DNA of 64,000 nucleotides. Origin: an uncultured bacterium. Lineage in GTDB: Bacteria; Patescibacteriota; Gracilibacteria; UM-FILTER-43-11. Below, piece by piece: positions 34,150-44,798 of the stretch. Each line of letters starts with the position of its first letter. Positions within the stretch are counted from its first letter, which is position 1. The notes beneath the pieces were generated by a model that made no database searches, was not told the origin of the DNA, and saw nothing but the letters and a program-made list of their open reading frames with translations. The stretch is from NCBI GenBank assembly GCA_965369815.1, contig CBDUQS010000001.1, positions 4,108 through 68,107 of the forward strand. The letters are read 5' to 3'. The position numbers were made by a program, and so were the translations under genes.

Positions 34150-36756
34150 ATGAACAAGTTCATTTTTAAAATGAAAAATCAGGGTGAATGGAAGATTATT
34201 TTAATGATTGTCTTTTTTTCATTACTTCTTTTTGGAAATCCAGTTCATGCAGAAACAGTTTATCAGGACGTGGATGTTAAAATGGGGATTGAAATTGGTG
34301 ATGATCTTCTGGATTTTGAAGATGCCAATAAGATAATTGAAAAAGGAAGATTCGTTAAATATCAGATAAGGATTAAAAATTCCGGCAGTCATTCTCATGG
34401 TGATTTGTTGCTTTTGGTTAGCAAACCGGACTATATGGAATATATAAAAGGCTCGACTGTATTGCAAAGCGAAGATTTCTCTTATTCCTCAAACATTCCT
34501 GATATTGGTGATGATAGCCCTCTGGAAGTGGGCTATGAAATTCAGACTCTGACAGCAGGAAAAGAGATTATTATTGAATTGCAATTTCAGGCTATTGTAC
34601 CCGAGGAAGTCAAAGATGAATCACTTTATACCTTTGTATTTGCGAGTCTTTTTGGGCAGTATTCCGCCATACCTGTATTGAGTCAGGCAATTGAAGCAAT
34701 TATTTCAGGTGAGGCAAAGCCAACGGTACAGGTTGATGTTGAAGTTTTGCCATCTCCGGAGAGCCAAATTAGTCCTGGTATGCAAATTACCTATAACTAT
34801 AATCTTCATAATGTTGGTGGAGCTGCAACATCTGATATGACAATCACGAGCTATTTGCCAAACAATACAACCTGTATATCAGGATGCGGAGCTTTCACGC
34901 TTGACCCCCTTGATCCAAATGAAGAGGGTCTGTTTCATGAAATGGTTGTCTTGGTTGATTCAGATTTATCTGGCGTAACAGAAATTGTGAATATTGGTTA
35001 CGATTTAAGCGGTGAGAATTTTGAAATAATTGAATACAGGGAGCCAATCACTAGCGCAACCACTGGTGGAGGCGGTGATGATGGACAAATATTAAACGAG
35101 TTCACATTAATTGTTAATCAGGTTCCAAATGTCATATTAAATTCTGCAGATGGGGTAACTCAAAGGCTGGACGGTGCTGATTTAACAGAAACACAATATT
35201 CATTATTGTATGGCGGAAGAAAACAGCAATATACATACCCTATACTTTCTACGACCGACAAAAGTAGAACACAAAGACCATGTGGGACTTATTCCCATTC
35301 AAATCAATTTGGAGCATATTTTTATGCATACAACAGTAATGGTTACGAAAATTCTGAATCTGTATCTGGCATAGGTTTGTTTAGTACTCCTATTGAATTT
35401 AATGTAAATACGGTTTTACCAGAGACTTCTCCAAAGTTGGAATTCACTGTTAATACTCCAATGTATAGCTTTGGAAGTACATCAGAAGTTAATAAGTATA
35501 TGAAAGAAGGGGTTCAAATTGATATTCCAAGTATATTCACAGAAAGTAGGGCGGTACAGAATGGGGCAATGGGAATAGTTAGCTCCGAGGTTATAGCAAG
35601 TGTTTCGGAGGATCTTTGGCAATATAATTATGCCGGAAGAGACGAATATTTATGTACAAAATGTTATAGCTGCGGAGAGGATTGCACCCGTTGTGTGGAT
35701 TACGATAGGCCTGTGTATGTCTGGCAAAAATCAAGCTTGCCCAATGTCGAATTAAAAGATGATGATACGACCCATATCAGTGTCTATACATCAACTGCAT
35801 GGTTAAAAACACAAGGAGGGCACATCGGTACAAATGGCAATTTTACAAACGAAATTGGTGAATTTAATTCAGTTGATCTGATGTCATATCAAGACATAAA
35901 TAATGAAGAGGATAGTTATGCACGGTCCAATGAATATATAAGAAGCAATCACCTTACCCCGTCTTCTAGCTATACACCGCCAGGAGAATTCAATGCCGAG
36001 TATATGGTTTTTGGAAATACAGGTGTGGGTGATATGAAAACAAGCTGTGGTCAGGCTGGTGAGTCTGATTGTGAAGCATGGTATGTGGAGGGGGTAGAAT
36101 TTCCATTCTTACAAAAGGGGGAGGTTTACGATCGCGAAAACAATCCTCGAAATTATAACAACTCCGAATCTCCAAATGACTTAATCGATAGAGAGAAATT
36201 TGGTGAAGTGAGAACCAATGAGCTTTCCACTAATCTTGTTGGAACCGTTGAATTAGGTGATGATATTGTGTGGAATAACACAGGCACTATTATAATTGGA
36301 GGAGATCAAGATGATGATGTGGTTATCTTTAGCGGGGGTCAGTCCCGTATTTATACAACAGGAGATGTTTACATAAAGGCTGATATTAAATATCAAACAT
36401 CTAGCTCAGCAAATTATAACGACATTACCTCCGTTCGTATTGATGCGAGAAATATATATGTAGATGGAGAAGTTGAAGATCTTGAGGTGATGATACTCGC
36501 ACGGGAAGGATTTTACAGTGGTGTTAGCAAAAAGCAGTTGCGCATACTTGGTGACGTAATTGCAAAAAATGCTTTCTGGCAGCGTGAGCCATTGCTTCAA
36601 TACGATGTGGAAGAGATCAATCAGCCATCAGAATATATTATTGAAGACATGAGAAAATACATTGTACCAGCTCCAGGGGATACAGAATTGCCGGATGATT
36701 ACACTATCTGGAGGCAGGTAAATCCTGCCACGGGCGAGGTTTTAGATTCATATTAA
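34150..36756 (+). CDS. large secreted protein with DUF11-like repeat domains and beta-helix-like C-terminal region (adhesin candidate)
   Basis: Signal peptide. Two segments resemble the conserved repeat domain DUF11 (FVKYQIRIKNSGSHS.., ITYNYNLHNVGGAATSDMTI). Confidence 0.7.
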   Translation: MNKFIFKMKNQGEWKIILMIVFFSLLLFGNPVHAETVYQDVDVKMGIEIGDDLLDFEDANKIIEKGRFVKYQIRIKNSGSHSHGDLLLLVSKPDYMEYIKGSTVLQSEDFSYSSNIPDIGDDSPLEVGYEIQTLTAGKEIIIELQFQAIVPEEVKDESLYTFVFASLFGQYSAIPVLSQAIEAIISGEAKPTVQVDVEVLPSPESQISPGMQITYNYNLHNVGGAATSDMTITSYLPNNTTCISGCGAFTLDPLDPNEEGLFHEMVVLVDSDLSGVTEIVNIGYDLSGENFEIIEYREPITSATTGGGGDDGQILNEFTLIVNQVPNVILNSADGVTQRLDGADLTETQYSLLYGGRKQQYTYPILSTTDKSRTQRPCGTYSHSNQFGAYFYAYNSNGYENSESVSGIGLFSTPIEFNVNTVLPETSPKLEFTVNTPMYSFGSTSEVNKYMKEGVQIDIPSIFTESRAVQNGAMGIVSSEVIASVSEDLWQYNYAGRDEYLCTKCYSCGEDCTRCVDYDRPVYVWQKSSLPNVELKDDDTTHISVYTSTAWLKTQGGHIGTNGNFTNEIGEFNSVDLMSYQDINNEEDSYARSNEYIRSNHLTPSSSYTPPGEFNAEYMVFGNTGVGDMKTSCGQAGESDCEAWYVEGVEFPFLQKGEVYDRENNPRNYNNSESPNDLIDREKFGEVRTNELSTNLVGTVELGDDIVWNNTGTIIIGGDQDDDVVIFSGGQSRIYTTGDVYIKADIKYQTSSSANYNDITSVRIDARNIYVDGEVEDLEVMILAREGFYSGVSKKQLRILGDVIAKNAFWQREPLLQYDVEEINQPSEYIIEDMRKYIVPAPGDTELPDDYTIWRQVNPATGEVLDSY

Positions 36757-36795
36757 TTAACGGTAAATTATTTAGACAAAATAATCACAATATTT

Positions 36796-38556
36796 ATGAC
36801 AAATACATTCAATTATTCAAATAATACTAATAAAAAAGTTTTAGATTATTTGTTAGCCAATGATTTTTTCTCAAAGAAAGATGCTTCTGATCTTCAGAGT
36901 AGGGCAAAGAAAAAAGGGGAATTAGCTTTAAAAGTTTTTTTACATGAAAATCCTGAGCTAATAGAAAAAACGACAAAATTAATATCTCACTTATCAAGTG
37001 TTCCCTATTTTGATCACACATCAGAGGTGTTGGTTAAGAAGCATGAAATTCTAAATCCAGAAAATGCAAAAAAATACGGTGCTTACTTAGTTAGTGATGG
37101 TGGATCAGAGAAGTTGCTTTGTATGGACCCGGAAAATAAAGAGTTCAAAGGTTTAAAAAAGACAAATTTTAAAAGAATCCAGATCGTAATAATGTCTCAA
37201 GTTACCTTTGATTATATTGAGAAAAATTATGAGGAATTGGCAAAAAAAACAGAGGAGAATAGTAAATTAGAGGGAAAGAGTAAGATCGAGATCATAGAGG
37301 CTGATGATGCAGATAGCGCTGATGCAAATAAATATGTATATAACATGCTGAAGGAGTGTGTAGAGAAAGAGGCATCAGATATTCATATTGATCTTGCATT
37401 GGGTGACAAGAGACAAAGAGGATTTAAGTTAAGATATCGTGTTGATGGCAAGTGTTTTGATGAAAGTTTTCATAATGACATTATGCTTTACAGGGGGATT
37501 GTGAATAAATTAAAACTCGATGCAGGATTAAAAATTGACGAGAGAAGATTGCCTCAGGATGGTCGTATATCTTTTGAGTTAAATGAAAAGGTATACAACT
37601 TCCGACTCTCCTTTATGCCAAGTACAATCCGCAATGCCCAGGAGGAAAAAATTGTTTTGAGACAAATGGCAGATCTGAATAAATGCAATCTTTACGATCT
37701 CGGTATTCATCCCTTTTGCTTAGAGTTGCTAAAAAAGGCAATAACTTATCCTCATGGTTTCATTTGTGTTACGGGTCCTACGGGGTCAGGTAAAACAACC
37801 ACTCTTTATGCGTTATTGCAGGAGATAGACAGGGCAAGCGCGAATGTAATGACACTTGAAGATCCAATCGAAGCCGAAATCCCATTGGTAAATCAGTCAC
37901 AAATGTTTCACAGGATTGGCTACGACTTTGCCTCAGGATTGCGTGTAATTTTACGTCAGGATCCGGATATTATTATGGTAGGTGAAATGCGTGATGAGGA
38001 AACCGCCCTAAAGGCTTTTGAGGCTGCAAATACAGGTCATTTGGTTTTTTCTACACTTCATACCAACACAGCCGCTTCATCAATTACCCGCTTGCTTCAA
38101 ATGCAAGTTCCTCATTATTTCATCAGCTCTTCATTAAAGTTTATAGTCGCCCAAAGGCTCGTGCGTAGGATATGTACCGAATGTTGCAAAAAACATCCCG
38201 ATGAAAAAAATGTATTAGCAGCAATCGGATCATCATTTAAAGACGCATCAAAAGAAGTTAAAGACATATACAATGAAGCAAGAAAGAATAATAAACTATT
38301 TGCACCGTATCCAAATGGGGGTAAGTGTGGACGCTGTGATGGCGCTGGATACAAGGGTAGAGTTGGAATAATGGAGATCATGCAAGTGGATGATGAAATC
38401 AGACACGTAGTAAATTTTGATAGCGGAAATGAAGACAAGATACAGGAAATAGCAGAAAAGAATGGAATGCTGACCATTCAGCAATATGGTTATTTACAAG
38501 TACTTGAAGGGAAGACTACTTTTGAGGAAGTTAATAATGCCGTCCTTTCGGTTTAG
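36796..38556 (+). CDS. pilB: type IV pilus assembly ATPase (GspE/PilB family)
   Basis: Walker A VTGPTGSGKTTTLYA, Walker B DPDIIMVGEMRDEETA, His box GHLVFSTLHTN and a C-terminal tetracysteine (CTECC...CGRCDGAG). Confidence 0.93.
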   Translation: MTNTFNYSNNTNKKVLDYLLANDFFSKKDASDLQSRAKKKGELALKVFLHENPELIEKTTKLISHLSSVPYFDHTSEVLVKKHEILNPENAKKYGAYLVSDGGSEKLLCMDPENKEFKGLKKTNFKRIQIVIMSQVTFDYIEKNYEELAKKTEENSKLEGKSKIEIIEADDADSADANKYVYNMLKECVEKEASDIHIDLALGDKRQRGFKLRYRVDGKCFDESFHNDIMLYRGIVNKLKLDAGLKIDERRLPQDGRISFELNEKVYNFRLSFMPSTIRNAQEEKIVLRQMADLNKCNLYDLGIHPFCLELLKKAITYPHGFICVTGPTGSGKTTTLYALLQEIDRASANVMTLEDPIEAEIPLVNQSQMFHRIGYDFASGLRVILRQDPDIIMVGEMRDEETALKAFEAANTGHLVFSTLHTNTAASSITRLLQMQVPHYFISSSLKFIVAQRLVRRICTECCKKHPDEKNVLAAIGSSFKDASKEVKDIYNEARKNNKLFAPYPNGGKCGRCDGAGYKGRVGIMEIMQVDDEIRHVVNFDSGNEDKIQEIAEKNGMLTIQQYGYLQVLEGKTTFEEVNNAVLSV

Positions 38557-38623
38557 CCTGAAATTTGTTAAAATAATAAACACTCAAATACAAACAAAAT
38601 TTGTAATCTGTTAAATCTTATAT

Positions 38624-41353
38624 ATGAGATTGATTAGAAAATTATTATTTGTATTTGTTGCTGTTTCGACTTTATTAATAAGTCAGAATTTTGCAAATGC
38701 TCAGGCAGGGCATATAGATGATGAAGAGATCGTTATCGATGGTCAGACCTACAAAAGAACGATTACAGAGTTCAAGAAAGTAGAGCCATCAAATGGAAAT
38801 GCTTATAGTAACTCAGGCGACACTTACAATAATGATTTAAATATAATACCTTTTGTAGATATACCAGGCTACGAGGATCTTTACGATTATATTAAAAACG
38901 GAACATTGCCCAGTTTAGATGGGCAAGCTATTACTCCAGGCATAGTGTGTGATGATCCCTCGGGATCAAATTGCTATAGCATGGAAACCTCTGGCACTGC
39001 CATTGGCGAGCTTGTTTATGGTGAATATTTCGATCGATCAGATCTATGGCAGAAGGTGGAATATGATGGGAAAGTACATTATGTACCGGTGGATGAATTG
39101 AGTAATTCAACTACGGCTATTGATAGTACAGCTGATAAGCCACCGGTAATTACAGATACAGGTGGCGAAATTGACAGACCAACAACCTTCCTTGAGAGTG
39201 GATTAAATACTATTAGTTTTCTTAATAATCTTCCAACAATTTCTGTGAATATGGGGATAGATTCATTAACTGATTTAAAGCGTTATGCAGATAAGAATAA
39301 CTGGAAAGAAAGGGTATATGAAAAATTATATGGTAATGATGAGAAAACCATCACATTTGCAGATGGAATGGCACCTTATGTGGATAGGGCTGAAGAATGG
39401 ATTTCTCCCAAAATAAAAGAAAATAAACAAGTTCTTACACCTTTGTACCCGGCATATTTTGTGTGGAAAGGTTTTGATTTTGTTGCGACAGTGACTGAAG
39501 GGTGGGTTTCTCATTTTACTAAGCCAACGGTAAAGAATTTTTATGAAAAGTATAATGAGATCAATGATTACGTTGAAAATAATGAAAATCTTTCCGATAC
39601 TCTCAAGAAAAACCATTTTCGACAAATGGGTATGGCTAAGTCATTTGTTAATACGGTAACTGGTTTTTATAGCCTAACAAGAAATCTAGATGAGACATTG
39701 GCAGGCTTGTATAGTGTAGCGAGGCATCCAGTTCAATTCGGACAGGGGATGAAAGAGGTTGTAGGTAATTATTATGACAATTTTTGTTCAGAGGACTCAA
39801 CCGATAGAGAGTGCTATACAGCACAGGGGGGAGTCTTAGGTGAAGCTGTACAATTTGCTCTAGGAGCCGGAGAGCTTAAGACTTTTGCTAGGGGAACTAA
39901 AATAGAAAAACATATATCAAATTTAGGCAATAAGGCTAAATATACAGATGATGCATTAAAAAACTCTGATGAGGCTATAGCTGCATTTAAAGGTCTGGAG
40001 GGTGATATGAAAAGAGGATATGAAATCCTTATTGAAAAAAAAGTAGTAACAGATAAAGAGTTAGCAGATTATATTTTTGGTTGGCCAGAAGATAAAGCTG
40101 AAAGATTATTAAATAGAGTAAACAGCTTTGGATCTAATATGGGGGAATTTGATGGAAGAGAGTTTAAATTCTTATCGCAAAATGGAAGATTTAAGAAATA
40201 CACAGAAGCTTTTGAGAAAGATGGACGGTATAACTTAATTACTTTTGATGTCGATGATCAGGGCAGAAAATTGATAGTCTCAAATGAAGGAAGGATGTCA
40301 GTTGCCAAAAACGATAAAGGGGGAATTTCAATTGACTATAAGGGCTATGAAGATCCTATGAGAGGAGAGTACGATTATATATTGAAAGATGGAAAAATAC
40401 ACATAGGGGATGGCCATCCTGAGTTAGCAAAAAAAGGATATACAGCAGAAGATGTGGATTTAACAGTTGATTACGCAGGCACCATAGAGATAACAGAAAA
40501 TGGGCACGTAAAATACTGGAGTGATTGGTCGGGACACTTTAAGCCTTCACCAAATGATATAAAAGGACAGGAGGCTGTAAGAAAGCAATTTAAAAAACAA
40601 TTTGATGTCGATTTACCATCTTTTGACAAGAGATTGAGCAATTCTGAAGTATTAAGCTTAAGCACTAATAAGGGTGGTTTATTAGGGGCGATAGAAGACA
40701 TGTTTAAAAGCAAAAAAGGGGGGTATTACGGAGGAGGTATTGGTGATGATATTGCAGAAAGTTTTACAAGGGCGGGTAATCCAAAGGAATATGAGATCGC
40801 CTTAAAAGAAGTTAATGCAGGAGGTTTTCAGGTGGGTAATACAAGGGTGATTAAGGAGTCTGATTTTTACGATGGTGTTCCAAGAGGCGCTAAGATTTAT
40901 GAAACGCAATTTCCAAAAGGAGGCCTTGCCATCACTGCAGTTGACGATGGGAAAAGGACTCTTTATGTGTTAGATATCAAGGCAGTTGAAGATGTTAATT
41001 TTAAGGCTACGTATGCATTATTGGATCAATATTATTTCCAAGGAGGTTCCAATGAGCGACTAATGAGAGTTGTATTAGATAATGTTGTTGAAAAAAATAC
41101 ATTAAAAACTTTGAATGAAGTCGGAGATTTCAGTAAGTATTATAATAATCCCAAGCTTTATAACAAAGAGATTAAAGAAGCATTTAAGGGCACTTTATTC
41201 GGAAGTGCGATGAAGAGGATTGAGGCAATAACGGGAAAAACGGTAAAATGGGATGACGTAGAAATAAAAAGAGTTCGTATTTCTGATGGCAGATTCGGTA
41301 ACCCAAAAGGGGAAATTACAAATCTTAATATCGAGGTTCCCTTTAGTGATTAA
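38624..41353 (+). CDS. 909-aa secreted protein, unknown function
   Basis: Signal peptide (LLFVFVAVSTLLISQNFANA). No motif I can name. Located between pilB and the minor pilins. Confidence 0.7.
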   Translation: MRLIRKLLFVFVAVSTLLISQNFANAQAGHIDDEEIVIDGQTYKRTITEFKKVEPSNGNAYSNSGDTYNNDLNIIPFVDIPGYEDLYDYIKNGTLPSLDGQAITPGIVCDDPSGSNCYSMETSGTAIGELVYGEYFDRSDLWQKVEYDGKVHYVPVDELSNSTTAIDSTADKPPVITDTGGEIDRPTTFLESGLNTISFLNNLPTISVNMGIDSLTDLKRYADKNNWKERVYEKLYGNDEKTITFADGMAPYVDRAEEWISPKIKENKQVLTPLYPAYFVWKGFDFVATVTEGWVSHFTKPTVKNFYEKYNEINDYVENNENLSDTLKKNHFRQMGMAKSFVNTVTGFYSLTRNLDETLAGLYSVARHPVQFGQGMKEVVGNYYDNFCSEDSTDRECYTAQGGVLGEAVQFALGAGELKTFARGTKIEKHISNLGNKAKYTDDALKNSDEAIAAFKGLEGDMKRGYEILIEKKVVTDKELADYIFGWPEDKAERLLNRVNSFGSNMGEFDGREFKFLSQNGRFKKYTEAFEKDGRYNLITFDVDDQGRKLIVSNEGRMSVAKNDKGGISIDYKGYEDPMRGEYDYILKDGKIHIGDGHPELAKKGYTAEDVDLTVDYAGTIEITENGHVKYWSDWSGHFKPSPNDIKGQEAVRKQFKKQFDVDLPSFDKRLSNSEVLSLSTNKGGLLGAIEDMFKSKKGGYYGGGIGDDIAESFTRAGNPKEYEIALKEVNAGGFQVGNTRVIKESDFYDGVPRGAKIYETQFPKGGLAITAVDDGKRTLYVLDIKAVEDVNFKATYALLDQYYFQGGSNERLMRVVLDNVVEKNTLKTLNEVGDFSKYYNNPKLYNKEIKEAFKGTLFGSAMKRIEAITGKTVKWDDVEIKRVRISDGRFGNPKGEITNLNIEVPFSD

Positions 41354-41412
41354 TAATTGAATACCCAGGGAGACTAAAGATAGTCCAATCGTGCTTTAGT
41401 CAGCATCGTACC

Positions 41413-41446
41413 AAAAAAACCTTATTTTTACGGAAATAGGGTTTTT
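41413..41446 (+). terminator. rho-independent terminator
   Basis: accttattt-ttacgg-aaatagggt gives a 9-bp stem, followed by ttttt. Confidence 0.7.
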
Positions 41447-41469
41447 GTAATTATTATAATGAAATATCC

Positions 41470-41498
41470 TTGACAAGTTGTAAATAAAGTACTAGTAT
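41470..41498 (+). promoter_or_regulatory. sigma70-type promoter (TTGACA-17-TAGTAT) for the minor pilin operon
   Basis: ttgaca at 41470-41475 and tagtat at 41493-41498. Confidence 0.55.
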
Positions 41499-41544
41499 AA
41501 ATACCTTATTTATGCGAACGCCCCCTCCCGCATAATAATCCGCT

Positions 41545-42027
41545 ATGGAAAAAATTGTTAATAATAAGTCAGGTTTCACTTTTATAGAAAGTTTAATTAC
41601 CTTCAGTATTGTAGGTATCTTTTTAGCTCTAACCTGGGCAACGGTAAACTTTCTACTTTTAAAAACAAGCCACCAAATTGTGCGTACGTACGCCCATTTT
41701 TTAGCAGTGGAAGGGGTAGAGGTGGTAAGGCAAATCAGACAGACATCAGTTAATGAGAATCGTGAAAAAGGTTTTGTTACCGCAATAGGCTCAAAGGTGG
41801 GTGATTACGTAATTGTTAAAAATGGTGAAAGGTTTGAGCTTGTAAGAGGGGAAGCTGAGGTAATTGAGATGCAAGAAGAGCCATATAAAACTTACTGTCG
41901 CACAATAAATCTGAATGGTGAAGGTGAAAAAGTGAAGCAAATAACAGTTAGTGTACGATGGGACGATTGTAATCCTGAGGATGAGGCCGTTTCCTACAGT
42001 ACTTATTTAGCAAAAATAACTCAATAA
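41545..42027 (+). CDS. prepilin-type N-terminal cleavage/methylation domain protein (minor pilin)
   Basis: MEKIVNNKSG|FTFIESLITFSIVGIFLAL. Confidence 0.85.
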   Translation: MEKIVNNKSGFTFIESLITFSIVGIFLALTWATVNFLLLKTSHQIVRTYAHFLAVEGVEVVRQIRQTSVNENREKGFVTAIGSKVGDYVIVKNGERFELVRGEAEVIEMQEEPYKTYCRTINLNGEGEKVKQITVSVRWDDCNPEDEAVSYSTYLAKITQ

Positions 42028-42713
42028 TGACCCAAAAAACAATCAATCATTGCTTGTGTATAAACAGGAAGGGGTTCACTTTGATTGAATTTATTATTGC
42101 GATCGGTTTTTTTGGCTTTATATCGGCGATATTAATGCAAAATTTGTTTTCAATTTATGATTTTAAAGAGGTAATACGATATAAAAAGGACATTAATTTT
42201 GAAGCCAGTACAGTGCTGAACAGTGGTATTCCGGGCTTAGTGCGTTCTGGCTTTGCAATTAATTATAAGGAAACCACTTTTAGCAATAGTACTCAGCCAA
42301 CCGAAGGCTTGCAGAATGAGGTGGATCAGATTTCTATTTTTACCGACAGGGCAGAAACTCAATATTTCACTATTTTTCGTGAGCCCTACAAAACAAGTGG
42401 CGAAAATAGCGATACCGCAAGATTGTTGATTCGATTCAGCAATGGAGATGAATTCCCAATTCATACATCAGAAACCGTTATTGAGGATTTTGACATTGAG
42501 GTGCCGACGGATCCAAGGATCAATGGAGATATAGATAATCAGCCTTATGTAACTTTCTATATTCGTGTGCGCCACAGATATCCATTTGGTGATGTGAGTA
42601 CGGATGAAGATGAGTTAATGGCGTATAAAAATGTTCGAGCTTCTTATAAAACAACTTATACCCTAAGAAATAACCTACCAAGTAGTTATAAGAATAGCCA
42701 TTTATCAATCTAA
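42027..42713 (+). CDS. prepilin-type minor pilin
   Basis: ...INRKG|FTLIEFIIAIGFFGFISAILM. Its start overlaps the preceding stop. Confidence 0.82.
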   Translation: MTQKTINHCLCINRKGFTLIEFIIAIGFFGFISAILMQNLFSIYDFKEVIRYKKDINFEASTVLNSGIPGLVRSGFAINYKETTFSNSTQPTEGLQNEVDQISIFTDRAETQYFTIFREPYKTSGENSDTARLLIRFSNGDEFPIHTSETVIEDFDIEVPTDPRINGDIDNQPYVTFYIRVRHRYPFGDVSTDEDELMAYKNVRASYKTTYTLRNNLPSSYKNSHLSI

Positions 42714-42723
42714 ATTATTAATA

Positions 42724-43944
42724 ATGACTGAAATAAAGCAATCAAAACTTCTTACAATTATTTTGGCTTCACTGATAGGAATTCTTATTTTATTCCTTTT
42801 TGTAGCCAGAGTTTTTGTATTAAGACCTTTAGATAATGAGTTTGACAAAGGGGATGCAGCAATAAATGAATTGTTGTCTGTACAGACCAATCAGCAGGAT
42901 TTGCTTGATCAAATTAATGAGTACCGTGATGGTCTTTATGCATTAGACTTAGTACTCGATGCGAGAAAAAATGTCATTAACGGTTATGATGAAGACAATC
43001 CCTATCTTGTATTCGACTTTACTCAGGTACTTGATGACCTCAGAAGACTCCTTCCAAAAGACGCAAAGGTAACTAAATTTCAAATCAACAATAAGGGATT
43101 GGTAACACTTCCCGTAGAATCAATCGATTATGCTTCTTTGGGTAGAGTGCTAAAAAGCTTTAAGGACAAGGGGAGTGATGAGGATTCAGTAGATGAAGAA
43201 TTCGTTATTCCAAAAATGTTTAAAGAGGTTAAAATACCTTCTGGAGCTCAGCGTACACCAAGGCAGATAACTTCTGGCTGGAAAAAGTGGTTCGAAAATG
43301 TTTACTCATTTGCGCTTCAGGTTGAGCTAGATCCTGAATTTTGGCAAAATCCAATGCCATATCCAGATGTAAACCCTTATTCATATTATTCTCAAGCGGT
43401 TCGTGATCTAACGATTGCTGGAACGATTGAGGGATATCCAGATGGTTATTTTAGACCAAATGGGGCCATTAATCGTGCAGAATTTTTTAAGGTTGTACTG
43501 TTTGAATTTTTATCAAACAATATTATTTCCATTGAAGATTATAAGAAATATATCGATCTTTCAGAAAAAGATTGGCATTACCAATACATCCAATTAGCTA
43601 GCCAAATGGGAATCGCAGAAGGGGATGAGATAGGTCAGTTCCACCCCGACCAGGAAATAAGTAGACTCGAGGCATTAAAAACCATTTTAATGATATTCGA
43701 TGTAGAGTTAGCAGGGGATGAACCCAAAGACGATGGAAAAAATAAGAAGCCATTAATTCTACCATTTACCGATATTTCTCCTAAAGATGACAGTTATCCA
43801 ATTATAAGTACCGTGATAAAAAATGGGTTCTTTAGCAAAGCATTTTTGAAAGAAAACTCATACCAGCTAAAGCCAGCTCAATCGGTAACACGTGCTGAAA
43901 TTGCTTATTGGGTATGGAAACTAAAATTTGACTTCCTCCAATAA
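42724..43944 (+). CDS. PilN-like bitopic pilus assembly protein fused to three SLH domains
   Basis: N-terminal TM segment plus coiled coil. C-terminal SLH-like repeats YYSQAVRDLTIAGTIEGYPDGYFRPNGAINRAEFFKVVL, WHYQYIQLASQMGIAEGDEIGQFHPDQEISRLEALKTIL and ...LKPAQSVTRAEIAYWVWK. Confidence 0.7.
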   Translation: MTEIKQSKLLTIILASLIGILILFLFVARVFVLRPLDNEFDKGDAAINELLSVQTNQQDLLDQINEYRDGLYALDLVLDARKNVINGYDEDNPYLVFDFTQVLDDLRRLLPKDAKVTKFQINNKGLVTLPVESIDYASLGRVLKSFKDKGSDEDSVDEEFVIPKMFKEVKIPSGAQRTPRQITSGWKKWFENVYSFALQVELDPEFWQNPMPYPDVNPYSYYSQAVRDLTIAGTIEGYPDGYFRPNGAINRAEFFKVVLFEFLSNNIISIEDYKKYIDLSEKDWHYQYIQLASQMGIAEGDEIGQFHPDQEISRLEALKTILMIFDVELAGDEPKDDGKNKKPLILPFTDISPKDDSYPIISTVIKNGFFSKAFLKENSYQLKPAQSVTRAEIAYWVWKLKFDFLQ

Positions 43945-43986
43945 TAACTAGTGGCTTTTAAATAACAATCAATTAATTTTAGAATT

Positions 43987-44778
43987 ATGATAGACGATAA
44001 AAATTTCCCCGATTTCGAACTTCCAAAAAGTGATCAAGACACCGCCTTTCAGGTAGATGTTGAAAAGAAAGGCTTAGATAAGATTCACGACAAGCTGCTT
44101 AAATTTTGTAAAAGGAAGTTTGGAGAGAATTCCCGTGTAACAAAATTTATTGCAAATATGGAAACAGGAGGTTCGGATGATGTTCTCGATACACTTTCTC
44201 AGATAAAAAGAAAGAAAACATCAACTGAAAGTATTGATTTAGGACTAACAATTACATTGATTATTATTCTTATTTTTTCATGGAAAGTAGGGGTTCCAAT
44301 GTTGCAAGAGATTGATCAGGTGAAGAATAATATCAAAGAACAGAAAGAGGTTATTAAGATAGAAGAACAAAACAACGCATTTTTAAAAGAATTGGCAGAA
44401 GATAGAAATGGATTAGTTGAAAATCTGTACAAAATCTATGCAGCAATACCGAATGCAGATGAGAAGGCAGAAGAAGTTATCTCCATGCTTGAGGATATGG
44501 CGGCAAAAAACCAAATGGTTCTGGATGCGATCGGCATTAGACTGGTTCCTGAATCACAGGTTTATTATGATGATTTATTGGGTGTTGTGGATATATATGA
44601 ATACACCTTTTCAGTAGAGAGTAATTTGCCAAATATTTTAAGTTTTATTGGAACTTTACACAGTTCATGGCGTTTAATGGATATAATGGCTATGGAAATT
44701 GAAGAGGGGAAGGGGGTATACAGGGCTAATTTTTCAGTTTTTACATATCATTTAGCAGATGATGAGACAGAAGTTTAA
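43987..44778 (+). CDS. PilO-like pilus assembly protein
   Basis: TM segment, coiled coil, and a C-terminal ferredoxin-like part (YEYTFSVESNLPNILSFIGTLHSSWRLMDIMAMEI) typical of PilO. Confidence 0.7.
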   Translation: MIDDKNFPDFELPKSDQDTAFQVDVEKKGLDKIHDKLLKFCKRKFGENSRVTKFIANMETGGSDDVLDTLSQIKRKKTSTESIDLGLTITLIIILIFSWKVGVPMLQEIDQVKNNIKEQKEVIKIEEQNNAFLKELAEDRNGLVENLYKIYAAIPNADEKAEEVISMLEDMAAKNQMVLDAIGIRLVPESQVYYDDLLGVVDIYEYTFSVESNLPNILSFIGTLHSSWRLMDIMAMEIEEGKGVYRANFSVFTYHLADDETEV

Positions 44779-44798
44779 TATTTATTATTTTTATTATA

